Assembly: GCA_003971905.1 (NCBI GenBank)
Contig: RSEE01000121.1
Coordinates: forward strand, 124,001 to 166,893
Source: Moniliella sp. 'wahieum'
Taxonomy: Eukaryota
Length of the DNA stretch: 42,893 bases
Reading direction: 5' to 3'
Shown here: piece after piece, positions 1-13,042 of the stretch
Layout of the letters: every line of letters begins with the position of its first letter
Position numbering within the stretch: position 1 is the first letter of the stretch
The notes under the pieces: model-generated
Databases searched by the model: none
Seen by the model: the letters and a program-made list of their open reading frames with translations, nothing else
Told to the model about the DNA's origin: nothing
Program-made: the position numbers and the translations under genes

Positions 1-49
1 TGCTGACACCCAGCGCCGCTTTCCTTCTTCGTTTGTGCTTGGTTCCTAG

Positions 50-1422
50 GCGGCCCCGTGACCATGCTCTGGGGCTGGGTCTTTGTCTCGCTCATCTCGG
101 TCTGCATTGGCCGCCTCTCTGGCAGAGATCTGCTCGCAAGTGCCGTCGGCCGGGGGCGTGTATGTCTGGTCGAGTTACCTGGCACCCAAGGGCTACGCGC
201 GTCCCATCAGCTGGCTCGTGGGCTGGATCAATGTCGCCGCCAACATTTGCCTTGCTTTGTCCATTCTCTTTGGCGGTGCCCAACTCATCCTCGCTGGCAT
301 CTCCATCTTCCGCGATAACCAATGGGCGCCCGAGTCGTGGCATGTGATCACCATGTTCTTTGCCTGTGTCTTGGTCGCGGCGCTGGTCAACCTGTTTGGC
401 GTCAAGTACAACTACCTCGAAGCGCTCAACACGGCCTCGATCTACTGGGGCGGCGCTAGCTGCATCTCTTCTCATCACGCTCCTCGTCATGGCCCCGCAC
501 CGCAACAGCGGCGCCTACGTCTTTGGTGGCTGGGTCAACAGTTCCGGCTGGCCCGACGGCTGGAGCTTCTTTGTGGGCCTGCTCCAGGCCGGGTACACCT
601 TGACGGGGTACGGCACGGTAGCCAGTTTGTGTGAAGAGTCGCGTAACCCGCGGACCGAGGTACCGCGCGCGATTGTCGGTAGTGTCTTGGCCGCCTCACT
701 CTCCGGCTTGGTCTACATTATTCCCGTCCTCTTTGTTCTGCCCAGCATCAACGACGTGTTGGCCGCCGCCGCGGGCGAACCGATCGCCGTTGTGTTTTAC
801 ACCGCCACCGGAGGCAAGAGCGGCGGGTTTGGCCTCCTCTTCCTCTTGCTTGGCATCTTCTTTTTGCTGGCGTAGGTTCTCTCACCGTCGCCCTCCGCGC
901 CGTCTGGTCCTTCTCCCGCGACGGTGGCATTCCCGGCCACAAGTACTGGAGCCAGGTGAACCAGACCTTCGACTTGCCTGTCAATGCGATGATCTTGACG
1001 TCGATTGTGATTGCCGCACTGGCGTGATCTACGAAGGCGCCAGCGCCGCATTCAATGCGTTTACCGGATCCGCCACCATCTTGCTTTCTCTCTCCTACGC
1101 CATTCCCATTTGCATGTCCCTGGTCCAACGCAGGGTCAAGCTGGCCAATGCGCCCTACAGCCTCGGTGCGTTTGGTTGGTTTGCCAACATTGTCACCTTT
1201 GTCTGGATCATCCTTGCCATTGTCATCTTCTCCTGCCCGACCACGAAGGAGGTCACGCCAAGCACGATGAACTATGCCATTGTCGTCTCGGCATTTGTGG
1301 TGGTGTGTGCGGCGGGCTACTGGCTGGTCGGGCGCAAGACCTACCGCGGCCCAGTGGGCGCCATGCAAGAGGATGAGATGGAGGACTTTGCCTCGCATGA
1401 GTCCAAGCCCATGGCTGCATAA
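50..1422 (+). CDS. APC-superfamily amino acid/GABA/choline permease (UGA4/HNM1-like), 5' partial; several 1-nt frameshifts
   Basis: Intron end at 1-49 (GCTGAC branch, TAG acceptor). Stitched frames give GPVTMLWGW, SLAEICSQVPSAGGVYVWS, GLLQAGYTLTGYGTVASLCEESRNPRTEVPRAI and PTTKEVTPSTMNYAIVV, with many TM segments. TAA at 1420-1422. Confidence 0.9.
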
Positions 1423-1772
1423 GAGCCAACAAGGACACCCCCCCCCCCATTCCCTCACTTTCTCCCTGTTGACCCAGGTGCCCTGTCGATACCTTCCAAC
1501 CTCTTACGATCCTTTTCCATCGTTGTACCACTAATCTATCAATCCGACTGGACTGCCATCCCCCGCAATCCAATGTGAAAACACGTCACTTGGCACGATC
1601 GCAACCCTTCTTTCCAGGGTAGAGTGGGCCTATGATGCAAACAGGTCACAAGGAGAAAAAGAAAAGTAGTAATAGCAACGCATGCAAACGCCTTGGGAGT
1701 TGGGAGATAGGGAGAGCTGGAATGCCATAGCGAGTGAGTTGAGGTACCTGGCCCAGCAGTTACATGCTACAG

Positions 1773-3000
1773 TTACACCTCGGAGGTGAGGTTGTTGACC
1801 GACGAGAGCAGTTGCTGCACATCAAACTCGCCCGGGCGATTATGGAAGCGGTCCAGCAAGTCTCTCCGCTGTTGGCCGGAAGCGGCCTGGCCATGAGTCT
1901 GGCCCGGCTGCGAAAGGTAAAAGCGCTGCAGCATGCTCGCCAGCAACCCGGCGTTGGCCACGGTGAACGTGGCGTCCGTCTGGAGCGGGGCCGACAAGCG
2001 CGCTTGCTCCTCCACCGACGCACCGCGCGCTCGCGCAGCCATCGCAGCCGCCACGCCCGTCGGCGCCGCGCGTGCCCCAGCTACATCGGTAATCTCCCCG
2101 CGCATCAGGACGAGGGAGGTGTCCTTGGCCAGATCCGGGTAGTGGGTCAGCACAAGCAACGGCTGCGCAAACTCTTGTCGCAACTTGTACTCGGCGAGCG
2201 GGGTGAAGAGGACCGTGCTGGCTGGAGGTCCGCCCGACGCTGGCGCGGGCAAAAACGCCCATTGCAAAAAGTACATCTCAAACCCTTGCTCCACCGGGCC
2301 GGTGGCATGGGCTGCACTGGCGTCGGCTCCCTCGCTCTCTGGGTCCTCCACCGCCCGCTTCTCCCCGTCCGCGGTGGTGACAACGGTCTTGGGAAGCGGC
2401 AGGACGAATTGCGGGTAGCGTTGGGCGGTCTGGACTAGTTGTTCGTACACCTTGACTGGGATGACAGCCGACACTTGGTTCTTGACTTGATGGTACGCCG
2501 TCCAGAGTTTGCGCACGTTCTCCTCGGATTCTGCCGCGAGCTTTTGGACATTGACAAAATCGCTCAGCGGGCGAATTGGTGCCTCGTCCTTCTTGGGGCC
2601 CATCTCGCCGGCCTGCATACGGCGACTGACCTCCTCCTGCGCCTTGGCACGGATACGCGCAGCCAACTCCTTGTCCTGCTGGTAGGCGCGCGCGCTCCTC
2701 GGCCTCCTTGACCCGCGTCGCGAGCGCCGCCGCAGAATTCTCCGCCTCCACACGGCTCTTGAGCTCCTCTACACTGCGCATCCCCCGCTCCGCCGCCTTG
2801 GCCTGCAGCTTGTCCGCGTACTGGCGCAGCTTGGCTTGCTTGGCCTGCTCCAGCGTCGGCACCGGCGGCTCTGGGTCCACCACCCCAGCCCCCCGCAGCC
2901 CGCTGGCATGCAACGCACGCACACGCACCAGCGGGTGCTGCGTCAGCGGCGCGGCAGGCATCGCCCGCACAGCATGGCTAGTCCGAACAAGGAGACGCAT
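1773..3000 (-). CDS. ATP11: Mitochondrial F1-ATPase assembly chaperone Atp11 (frameshift near 2690)
   Basis: Arg-rich presequence MRLLVRTSHAVRAM, then KLRQYADKLQAKA, LWTAYHQ, AVIPVKVYEQL, RYPQFVLPLP, VLFTPLAEYK, LTHYPDLAKDTSLVLMRGEI and LQRFY. Confidence 0.9.
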
Positions 3001-3441
3001 GGCCAATTCGCAGATCGACACGGCGGTGGTGGTGGTGGTGGTGGTGGTGGTGGTAATGGTGGGCGCCGCCTTGAGCGTCGACTTGGGCCTTCCCGCTTGC
3101 TTTGCGCTGGCCTTCTAAGCTGCTTCGCCCGCCTTCTCGGTTGCCACTCGCCAGGTCGCTCGCCCCAGGTCACGTGGCAGTCACATGACCAGCGCCATCG
3201 TCCTGCTGCCTTCGGTGCAACAGGAATGAACATTTCCCTGCTCCCCTGCAGCCAACGTGGCCCGCCGGGCCATTCCGCTCTGTGCGCCGCCTGCATTCCG
3301 CCCGCGTGCCGTCTGTCTGTCTATGGCGATCGAGGGTCGAGCATCGCTCTTCGGCCGGCGGCAGCTCGATAGATAGTTGGATCCTACACGCGTCCCCCGA
3401 TCCGCAGCACACAGCAGGCAGCAGGGCGGGTACCACGGCGC

Positions 3442-4666
3442 TTATACAATCGTCTCGAGCTCCTTGGCAAACTGCAAGTTGAGCGCGATGGTGTTCTTGC
3501 GCGGGACCGACTTGGCCCCATCCGCCGTTGTCTGCGCAAAGTGGATCGTCTGCGTCGACGGATTGACCGACCAGCCGCGCTGCCCACACAGCACAGCACC
3601 AGCACACCGCCACCGTGTCAGTACGCTCTCCCCACGCATGCATCCAGAACCAGAACACCCTACACACCTCCTTGGCAAACGCCATAATGTCCTCTGCCTT
3701 GTCAAAGAACAGCAGCACCGCCGCATCCTGCAGCGGCAGCGAGTCGTACGCCTTTTCCTCGCACGACGCAATTTCGTGCCGGATGGTGCCCATGAGGTTA
3801 TCGACAAAGAAGCGGTGCTCTTCGCGCGGCGCCTCGCGCTGCGCACGCCACACTTTCGAGTAAGAGCCTTCCATCAACCAGCGTTCCAGGTCGACCGGGT
3901 GGCGGAGGTAAGGCGACTGGTGCACCAGTTCGGCCGGGATGGCCTCGAGCGCCGTGTGGAACGCAGCAATCTCATTCGACGACAGCAGACGGAGCAGCTG
4001 CAGGCCCAGGAGCGGCTCGTGGTTCTTCGACGCGGGCAACTGCGATGCATAGTCATGGTAGTACACTGCCAACAGCGCCATGTAACGGTCAAACGCCTTG
4101 ACGTCCTTGACTCGAATACTGAAAAACGCACCCACCTCCAGCACGTCCCGCGCCAGCACCAGCGAGTCCACATCCGAAGGCAACACCACCGCGCCAGACG
4201 CAGCGTGCGCCGCTGCCGCCGCCGGAGCAGGCGTGAACGACGGCAGCAGCAGCCCGGCCTCGGTCAGGCCAATCTTGAGCTTGGTCAGCTGGGACCGGAT
4301 GGGCGCCGGGTCCGAGTCGGGCGTCTGGGCTTCAAACGCCTGGATCAGCGCGTCGTGCGCCGGCTTGAGAGAGGCAGCAAACATGTGGCGGGTGGCGGCG
4401 GGGGAGAAGCGGGCAAAGTGGTGGGAGCTGTAGTTGGAAGCGGGAGCAGCGGGGGAAGCAGGAGTTACAGCAGGCTCAGAGGCGGGCGCAGCAGACGACG
4501 GAGCGGTGCGGGGTTTCTTGGTTTGGGCAGGGGCGGCAGCGCTGCTGGTGGGGTTGCTGCGGCGGGGACGCTTGGATCCAGCTGCGGGGACAGAGGAGGC
4601 GGGGGAGGAGAAGGGAAGGGACGAGTCGCTGGCCACCGGTTTAGCAGTTGATTTGCGCGGGGGCAT
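3442..4666 (-). CDS. RPN12: 26S proteasome lid subunit Rpn12 (PCI domain); intron 3580-3667; alternative start at 4384
   Basis: ARDVLEVGAFFSI, FDRYMALLAVYY, LLGLQLLRLLSSNEIAAFHTALE, LERWLMEGSYSKVW, GTIRHEIASCEEKAY and C-terminal LQFAKELETIV. GT..CAG intron with TACTGAC branch joins FAKE to RGW. Confidence 0.93.
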
Positions 4667-5186
4667 ATGGGCGCGTCGGCGGGCGGGGGGCGGGGAGGGG
4701 GGGGGGGGGGAGGCAGCGGTGCACAAGCAAAGCAGTCTCTCCGCAGCGAGGGCGCCAGTGGGGGTGGTGGTGGGAGCGGCGGCGGTGGCGGGCGCGGGCG
4801 CGGGGGTGGCGGCGACGAGCGGCAGGACGGCGGCCCAGCGGTTCGCAGTGGATGGCATGGCCGCGTCATGCGCCGCCGCCAATTCCGCCCGGACCCTGGG
4901 GCCACCGGTCACGTGGCCTGCGTGCATCGGTGCAAGCGCGTGCCTACACCCAGGGGAATTTCAAATAGCACTCCCTGCGGATACGTAAGCCAGCGGGTGC
5001 TCTGGGGGGCGAATGACGAGTCCTAATCGCTACGCCGCCTCGCCCTCGCCCAAAAAAACCATCGATGATTGTCCAGGGAGAAGAGAACAGAGGGATACAC
5101 AGCGCCCAGCACGCCACCGACAGCCGGCGTGGCGCCCCCGTCGCCCCCCGTCTAAGCGCAAGCCCCATGCGCTCGACGCCGCCAGA

Positions 5187-5258
5187 CGCAGATGCAGATG
5201 CAGATGCAGACGCAGATGCAGACGCCGATGCAGACGCCGATGCAGATGCCGATGCAGA
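5187..5258. repeat. Hexamer microsatellite (GCAGAT/GCAGAC/GCCGAT)n, about 12 units
   Basis: Directly visible; produces spurious DADADA/SASASA ORFs. Confidence 0.9.
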
Positions 5259-5532
5259 CGTGCCCTGCCAACGCCTGCTGGCGGTACGCGTCTTACCCCA
5301 TCGCCCAACGAGACAGCGAGAAGAGGGAGGCAGGAGGAGACCAAGGGAGGGGAGGGGAGGGGAGGGGTCCAATAACAATGTACGACGCACCGACCAGGGT
5401 GACTCGAACCGTTTCGCACATGTCCAGAGAAGGAGCCAGGGTCGAGAGCCAGGGAGGGTGGAGGGTGGAGGGCAAAAAGGCAAGAGAAGGACGGTGAAGC
5501 GGTGCCGAACGCAGCCCGGGCTCGGGAGGAAC

Positions 5533-5591
5533 GGGGAATGGGGAATGGGGAATGGGGAATGGGGAATGGGGAATGAGGAATGAGGAATGAG
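5533..5591. repeat. Heptamer repeat (GGGGAAT)n decaying to GAGGAAT, downstream of the PPZ stop
   Basis: Directly visible tandem 7-mers. Confidence 0.9.
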
Positions 5592-5728
5592 TAACGAGGA
5601 ATGTGGAATGAGTACCGAGGAAGGAGGAAGGAGGAAGGCGGAAGGAGGAATGAAAAATGAGTAACGAGTAACAAGGAACGAGGAACGAGGAAGGAGTAGG
5701 ACCCAGTCCGAACCGATCTGAGATCTGA

Positions 5729-7386
5729 TCACTTCTTCCTCCGATACTTGGTCATTTCCTTTTTGAGTGCCTGTGCGTCCAAGGGTTTGAGCAACTCGAA
5801 CGCACAGAGCAAGTCGGCCGAGACGGACATGACCGCGCCAAAGTTATCGAATTCGCCGCAATAGTTGGGTGCAGAAAAGATGGTGACCAAAGTGCGATCG
5901 TTCCAGAACTCATACCCATCCTCCACCACCATGTGCGCGCGTGCCAACAAGTCAAAGTCGTACTGCGCCAAAAACTGCGCAATGATCGACTTGCCAAAAC
6001 AGTACGACACGCCACGCTCGTTGTCTTCCCAGTCCAACGCCGTGTCCGACGGGTCGGACCACAACAGATCATTCAGCAACCCATAGTCCGGCACATCCGT
6101 CGGTCGCTCGATCCGCCGAATGTCCTCCATGTCCGATAAGGAAGGCGACAGCCCGCCGTGCACACAAAAGATCTTCGATGCCACCACGGCCGCAATGGGC
6201 AGCGTGTTGAACACATCCACAAACGATTTCCAGATCTTGATGTTGGTCCGGCGCTTGCATTCATCGTAGAACCCATACACTGTCCATGGCAGAGTTAGTT
6301 TCCACCCAACGTGTGCTGCGTTTCGGGGCCAGACACGTAGGTGGCCAGGGGGGAAGGGAGACGCGGGGAAGGGAGACGCGGGGAAGGGAGACGCGGGGAA
6401 GGGAGACGCGGGGAAGGGGGGGGGACGTACCGCGGGTAACGTTGGCGCACTCATGGTTGCCACGCAAAAGAAAGAAATTTTCGGGATACTTGATCTTGTA
6501 GCAGAGGAGGAGCAAGATATTTTCTAGGCTTGTTTGCCTCGGTCCACATAGTCGCCCAAGAAGAGATAGTTGGCCTGGGGCGGCCAGCCACACATGTTGA
6601 ACAAGCGCAGTAGGTCCTGATACTGTCCATGCGTGTCGCCAACAATCTTCACGGGCGGACTGAGCTCAATGAGCGCCGGCTGCGATAAAATACTTCTCGC
6701 GCCGCTTGACAGACCGCCACAATCTCGTGGTTCTTCAGTGCCGGCTTGGGCAGCTTGCCCACACTCTGGTACCCCGACTCGACCAGCCGCGCAATCAACT
6801 CGTCAATGTCAAATGTCCGCACCGGGACGGGAACCGGGACGGAGGGCGTACCGGGCCCAGTCCCATTCGTATACCCATTCGCACTCGCATGGGGCAGCAT
6901 CGCTTGCGCACCAGGGATCGAGGAAGGCGTAGGCGGTCCCATGCCCTGGCCAGTGAGCATGCCACTTCCATTCGGCGTCTGTGCACCGGGTCGACTACTG
7001 CCCAGCCCACCGGGACTGGGCGTCATCGGGTCGGCAGGCGAAGGAAGTGGGCTCTCGTGCCGGCCGGAACGGAGGCGCGCGCCCCCGCTTTTGGGTCGGG
7101 GAACGGGCACAGCAGCCGACGAGGAAGACGCAGATGCAGACGCAGAGGAAGGCACTGGGTGGGAGAAGGAGAAGGAGGCAGGGTGGGCGGATGCGCCGCT
7201 CCGGCTGGCCGAGGACGAGGCCGAGGACGAGGCAGGCGCGGGCGCACCGGGGTGGGCCGCCGCCCCCGCCGCATCCGCGTCATCGGCCTCGTCGGCCAGC
7301 GACCTGGGCGCACTGGTGTCGTCCGACTTGGACGGGCGGTGCTTGCGCGACGAGGCGCCCATGCGTTTGCTCAGCGACTTGAACAT
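5729..7386 (-). CDS. PPZ1: PPZ-type Ser/Thr protein phosphatase (PPP family) with disordered Ser/Pro-rich N-terminus; intron 6280-6430; frameshifts near 6690 and 6530; alternative start MGASSRK at 7362
   Basis: [48 protein letters not shown] and [11 protein letters not shown]. The tail [26 protein letters not shown] is PPZ-like. Confidence 0.88.
6351..6418. repeat. 15-bp tandem repeat (GGGAAGGGAGACGCG)x4 inside the PPZ intron
   Basis: Four exact copies between the GTACGT donor (6430) and the CAG acceptor (6280). Confidence 0.92.
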
Positions 7387-8078
7387 GCTCGCTATGTATG
7401 GCGGTGGAGGAGCAGCAGCGCCCCGGGGGCTGCCGGCGTGACTATTCAAATTGAATTCATCACAGGGAGCGCTGCCAGGTGATGGGTTATGTCAGCCGCT
7501 GTGATGTGTGATGTACACGGCAGGGTGTGTGAATGTGCGACGGGGCAGGAGGGATTATCGATTGGGGGGCTACGGAGGAGACGAGCGGGCAGACGCGCGA
7601 TTAGGACCATCGAGTGGCGTTTTTCCCCTGGGCGAGAGGCGGCCGGGGGGGTTAGTGCACGGCGTCTGCAGCGTACGAGCGATGGAAACAAGTAGATAGA
7701 TGAAAGATGCAGGAGGGGAGAGGGAGAGGAGAGGGAGAGGGAGAGGGAAATGGGACATGGATGGGCAGGCACGCAGGCCAGAGAGAGGCCAGAACGTCAA
7801 AGATCACCAGCGGTCTGTGCTGAGGAATGATTAGCAACGTACAACGCGCATCGCAGCGCGTGGCCCCAACACCAAGACCAAGACCAAGCAAGTACAAGTG
7901 CAAGTGCAAGCACAGTCCATCACCACATCCCACCCGCCATGCGCATCCCACATCCCACATCCCACCGTGCCCCCGGTGGGCAGAGCGGCCATCGCGGGGG
8001 CCACGGCGCGTCTCGAGACGGGGGCCGCCGCCGAGCCCGCGCGCCGAGTCGCAGGCCACGCACCACACACCACACACC

Positions 8079-10153
8079 TCACTCGACCTGGCGCACCGGG
8101 TGGAGCAGAACCGGAGCGCGGCACACCTCTTTCCCGTCCTGGGTGGCGGCGGAAGCGCGCCAGCCCATGTACATGTCCTGTGCATGCGCCGCGTCGGCGT
8201 AGTAGGAGCTGTCGCGCATGAGCTGGCTGGCCTTGGGGAAGAGCTGGGCGCGATTGATCTTGGCGTGGAGCACGACCGGGTCCCAGAGGTGGCGGAAGTA
8301 GATCGGGTGCGGGGCAAAGACGCCCTTGAAGGGCAAAGGCAGGTTGTGGGTAAACCCAGCTTCGGGATAAAAGCTATGCCCATGGCCAATGGGCAGTTGA
8401 CTGTGCAGCGTCAAGGTTGCTGGCCACGCTTGGCAGTGGGTACTCTTCTTAGCTTCGGCCATTACCACGTTCATTGCCTCGAGCAGCGAGCGCGACAGAC
8501 GCACGTTCGTCCCGATCGACGCTCGTCGTGGTGTCGCCTGCCCATTCAGGTAGTTTTGCACATCGTCTTCCTCAGCCCAGCCGCTACCGATCGGATCAAA
8601 GATGGGCGAAAGCGTTAGCAAGTCCGCCTCCTCGTCCCGCCCGGCTTTCAGCGTCGCGTCCGACGCCCACGCCGCCTCGCTTTCTGTCACATTCGGCACC
8701 AACCAGTCCTTGTACCGGTCCATGCCCACGTGCAGGCCCTCCTTGCGCCCAAACGCTGTGGCCATCCGAATCCATCCGATCAGGGTTAGGTCAGGTCAGG
8801 TCAGGAAGAAACAAACAAACAAACAAGAAGCGCAAGCACGTACCTTCGACCCCTTCAAAGAAATCAAGATAATTGCCAATCAGACGCGTGTCCATCTCCC
8901 AGTTCCAAATGTAATCGTACTCTTGGTGGTCGAGCCAAAACTTTTGCAGTGGCATCAGGCACGCGCGCGAGGCAGATTGGGCGGTGACGTTACGTTTGAA
9001 CTGGCCCGGCAGGCCCGGGTAAAGCGCACAGAGTGCTGCCTCGGTCCAGAACTCGGTCAAGCCCCAAAATTCGCGCGGCACACTTGTGCGCAGCACATGC
9101 AACCGGTCCCATTGCGACGTGAACGGTGCCAGGCTCTGGTTCGTGACCTGCACCAGGATGCGCACGTCGTACGGCGTGTTGGGATTGTTGAGCCCCAACT
9201 CGGAAATGAGCGCACGCACATTCAACACATCGTCTTCCCGCCACACGTACCCGTCGTGCGCACGCAGCACCAGCGCCGTCCGTTTCGTCGCGGGCGTAGT
9301 ACGGAACTTGGGCGTGAGAGCGGTGGGATCGGCACGGTGCGCACCCATCCCGCCCTGCAACAACGGGTCCACATCGTCCGGAAAAACGTGTCCATTGCCC
9401 CGCCACGCTGTTGGCGCCGCTGGGCCACGCACGAGTCGAGGATCTTGCGCCAGTCGGGAAAACTCGATGGACCCAGCAACTCGGCCGCATCGTTGGCCCA
9501 CTTCAAGTCCTGCCGCAGCTGGTCCTCCCATGCGGCCTGCGACATGCCCGCGCGCGGCGCCGGCCCAGCAACGGATCCACCGCGGGATCGTCGCCAGCGG
9601 CCAAGCCCCGGCCAGGCCCGGGCAGGAGAAAGTCGGGCAGCGGCGGCGGCGTGGCGGCAGTGTGGGCACCGCGCGCAGCGCCGGAGGGCGATGGCGCGGT
9701 CACGGGCGGTGCGCACGGCAGGGTCGACGAGCGCGCGGCGGTAGCTGATGTTGAGCGCGGGGTCGGTGTACATGCCGTAGCGGGCGCGGTAGGTGAGGCA
9801 GTGGCCCATGTCGATGCCGACGGCGGAGGCGTTGCCGGCGAGGGGGCGGGGTGGGAGGCCGGGGTGGGGTGGGTGAAGGCCGGTGCGCGCGGGACGGGGC
9901 GGCGGCGGGGCGGGGCAGACGGGGGCGTGCCGGGCGGCGGCGCGGCGGGGCGAGGGCCGGGGCGCCGGGCGCGAGGCGCGGGAGGGCGTCGCGGGTAGTA
10001 GGCCGCCTGGCGCCACTCGGTGTGGCGGGCGGCGCGCAGCGCAACGAGCGAGACGGCGGCGCAGACGACGAGGAGACGAGCGAGCGCCAGCGGGGAGGGC
10101 CATGGCGGCGGCCCACTGCACCACAGCGGCGTCCGCGCGCGGGCCATGGCCAT
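8079..10153 (-). CDS. DUF3405-family fungal type II membrane protein (putative glycosyltransferase-like); intron 8756-8843; frameshifted
   Basis: Signal anchor LARLLVVCAAVSLVAL, then HCLTYRARYGMY, KRTALVLRAHDGYVW, NVRALISELGL, EYDYIWNWEMDTRLIG, EADLLTLSPIFDP, RLSRSLLEAM and VFAPHPIYF; ends LLHPVRQVE. Confidence 0.8.
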
Positions 10154-11403
10154 GGGGATGCGAGCGGCGATGGTGGCGGTGCAGCGGAGCGCCGGCCCAC
10201 CGCCCTCGCTCGCCGCGGCCGCCCACGCGCACACTGCCCGTGGGCCTACGTAGCACCGCGGGCGAGCCGCCGCCGCCCAACTCCTACCGCCCGCCGCGGT
10301 GTGCGCGCGCCCGGGGGCAGTGTGCGCACCGACACTGGCGCCCGGTGCACGTGACGCGCGCCACCGCCTGGCACGTGATGCCAGAGAGCTGCGACGCGGC
10401 CGGCAGACAACCCTTCGCGCAAACGGCGTTTCCCGCGCGAGTCACGCTCCCGCCCCCAGGCCCATCCAGTCGTGCTGTGCATTGCGCTCCACGTCGTCTT
10501 CTCTGTTCTGCCCCTTTGCACCAGTCCTGCCTCTGCCTCTCCCCACGAATCAGTGGCCATCCCTCGCCTGAGCCCAACGGTTGCCCGACCTGGCACTGGG
10601 GGATTAACCACGTGCCTGCTGTCCCTACCCAACCCAAAACCAGAGAGTCTGTCGCCATCATGCATCACTCCTCAATGGTCCAACGGCTATGATGTCACGC
10701 TTTCACACCCCCTGCTTGCAGTCGGTTGATCCGTGAAGACCCCGGGGTCGACTCCCGGTTGGGGAACTTTTGGATAGGCGGGGGGATGGTATGAGGCTGA
10801 TGGAGAGTAGATTCCCCAAGCAGAGACCCTCCGATCGAGCAACCGTCTGTCTACCTGTCTTTTGTTTTTGTCGTTTCCAACTAGCCCGGCTCGTGGGCAG
10901 ACTACCAAGCGCAAAACCGGGGTACAGGCTGCGCGCGCTTCCATCTCGGCTCCTTCTCCTCCCCCACCATGGGGCGCACCAGTCACAGTAGCGCGCCCTC
11001 GCGCCCTGCATCCCGGACCACGTCTTGCCGCGCGGGGTGCTGTCCCTCGCCTTTCTCGCCACACAGGCTTTCGCCCGCCCCGGCACTGGCTTTGCTGCAG
11101 CAGCGGCAGGTGCAGGAACAGGGGAAAAGGACGTGTCGGGGCGTACGGACGGTAAGGTGCCCGCACCCGATGGGACTGAATCAGTTTCCCCCCACGACGG
11201 CAAGTCTCATCTCTCTATCGTTCTATTATCTGATGATCGATGGTGGGTAAGGGCAGGCACAGCGGGGAAGGCTAGACAGCCATCGTCCAGGCCCAGGCGC
11301 GCAGGGCGCAGGGCGCAGGGCAACCGGCCCAAGTGAGAAGAAACAATGACATGTGACGGAGAAACACGATGGAAGAACAAGGGGAGGCTTGTTTGGTCGT
11401 GCC

Positions 11404-11441
11404 ATGGTATGGCATGGTATGGCATGGTATGGCATGGTATG
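11404..11441. repeat. 10-bp tandem repeat (ATGGTATGGC), about 4 copies
   Basis: Directly visible. Confidence 0.85.
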
Positions 11442-11592
11442 TCTTGGTGCCTTGTCCTGCCATCCTCCCCCTAACCCCCCCAGTGGGGCTAAAGCACGGC
11501 AGAGCGAGAAAAAAAAACATGGATCGTAACATGGCACATGGCACACCAAAACGCAAACGCAACCCGAGCCACGGCAGCGCAGCGCCCCAGAC

Positions 11593-12439
11593 TCAGAGCC
11601 CGAGGTGGGAAAGAACGCTGTACCCGCCAATGGCCATAGCGAGGAACGAGAGCAGTGCGCCCCATACGAGCGGCCGGGCGGGCGCCAGGCGCCAGGCACC
11701 ACTGCACTCGGCACACGTCCATTCTGTACCGAAGGGGAGAGGGAGAGAGGGTCAGTTGCCAGCTTCCCAGCGCAGCAAACCAAGCTGGGCAAGCGCAAGC
11801 GCCCCTACTACCGAACCGAACCGAGCACAGCCCAGCCGACCCAACCAGACCAGAAACAGAACAGAAATAGAGCAGAATTCGACGTACGTGGCAAAGGGTG
11901 TAGGCCTGCGGGTTGTACAGGGCAAATGTCAATTTGGAATTTTCCGACATCTTGCCCGGCGTGAGGGACGTCACCTCGGGTCGCGCACAATGAGGCGGTA
12001 CGAGGCCTGGACCAAGGCGGCAACTGGCTCTTGAGCGCATTGGTCGAGTACGCATACACATCCATACGAACTGAGTCGCACTACCAGGGATGCCCGTGGG
12101 ACCAGCGAGGTCGTACGTGTTGGCATTGTCGCTGCACACGGCCGAGACCATGATGGTCTTGGGCGTCGCCAACACATAGGTAAGTTCCACCCGAACGTGA
12201 CCAGCTCACCACTTGCAATCTTGTAGTACGACGGGTCGCCCGTCTGCTGCGGCTGGGTCATGCTGATGCCACCGTCGGGGTAGGAGGGGGGATGCTGACC
12301 GCGCCGCTCGACGCGCCGCTCGACGCGGCAGGCGACGGCGCAGCACTGGAGGCGGGCGCGGGCGCCTGCGGCAGCGGCTGCGCAGCACGCACCAGCACAG
12401 CCAGGACCGCCACCAGGACGAAGAAGAGGGGGTGCGCAT
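11593..12439 (-). CDS. Conserved fungal secreted protein with a C-terminal TM/GPI-type tail; intron 11724-11887; frameshifted
   Basis: Signal peptide (LFFVLVAVLAVLVRA after a slip in a C-run), then PDGGISMTQP, YYKIASGELVTFGWN, SAVCSDNANTY and LTFALYNPQAYT. Last exon reads WTCAECSGA...LVWGALLSFLAMAIGGYSVLSHLGL*. Confidence 0.75.
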
Positions 12440-13042
12440 CGGCAGCAGCAGAGGGGGCGAGGCGGCGCGGGCGTTGGCGTTGGCGGTGGTGTGGGTGTAG
12501 GTGTGGGTGGCGGCGCTTTTGCGGGAGTTGGAGGTGAAGGCCGGCGGGTCACGCTTCAACTTGAAGCGTGAAGCTGGCAGGGGAAGCCACGGGCGCGTGC
12601 CACTGCGGCCTGGTGCCGCTGTGTGGCCGCCGTGTGCCCCCGTGTGCCGCGCTGCCGCCTCGGGCGCGGTGCCGCCGGCCGAGGAACACGCAAGGCCCGC
12701 ACGGCGCCAGTGCCCGCAGCGTGGATCGTCCCGCACGCAGCGGCCGGGGCCCGGCAGGGGGCAGTGCTGTGCGTGGATTGGCTCAAGCAACGCACCCGCA
12801 AGACTCAGCACGCACTGCCCCCGTGCCTGCGCTGGCCACTGATGCTGGTGGCGTCGCCCCAACTCCGCACCCTCAGCATCGAACATCCGTCGGCCGGGGC
12901 GCAGTCTTAGGGTTGGCCGCGGAACCAGCACGGGCGGAATGCGCGGCGCCTGAGGCCTGAGCGGAGCAGCCACTTCACCACCACACCATTCACCACCACC
13001 ATCACCACCACCCGCAACCGCGTCGGGCCCATCCGCAGCGCC

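Noticed and set aside
860..875. Internal TAG stop in the permease
   Set aside because: It results from a frameshift in a T-run; the other frame reads FFAGVGSLTVA and continues.
4944..5732. Long ORFs with SASASA, DADADA and IPHSPF repeats
   Set aside because: They are translations of intergenic/UTR microsatellites.
8780..8792. CTAACCCT as a possible telomerase RNA template or interstitial telomere
   Set aside because: It is the CTAAC branch point of the DUF3405 intron.
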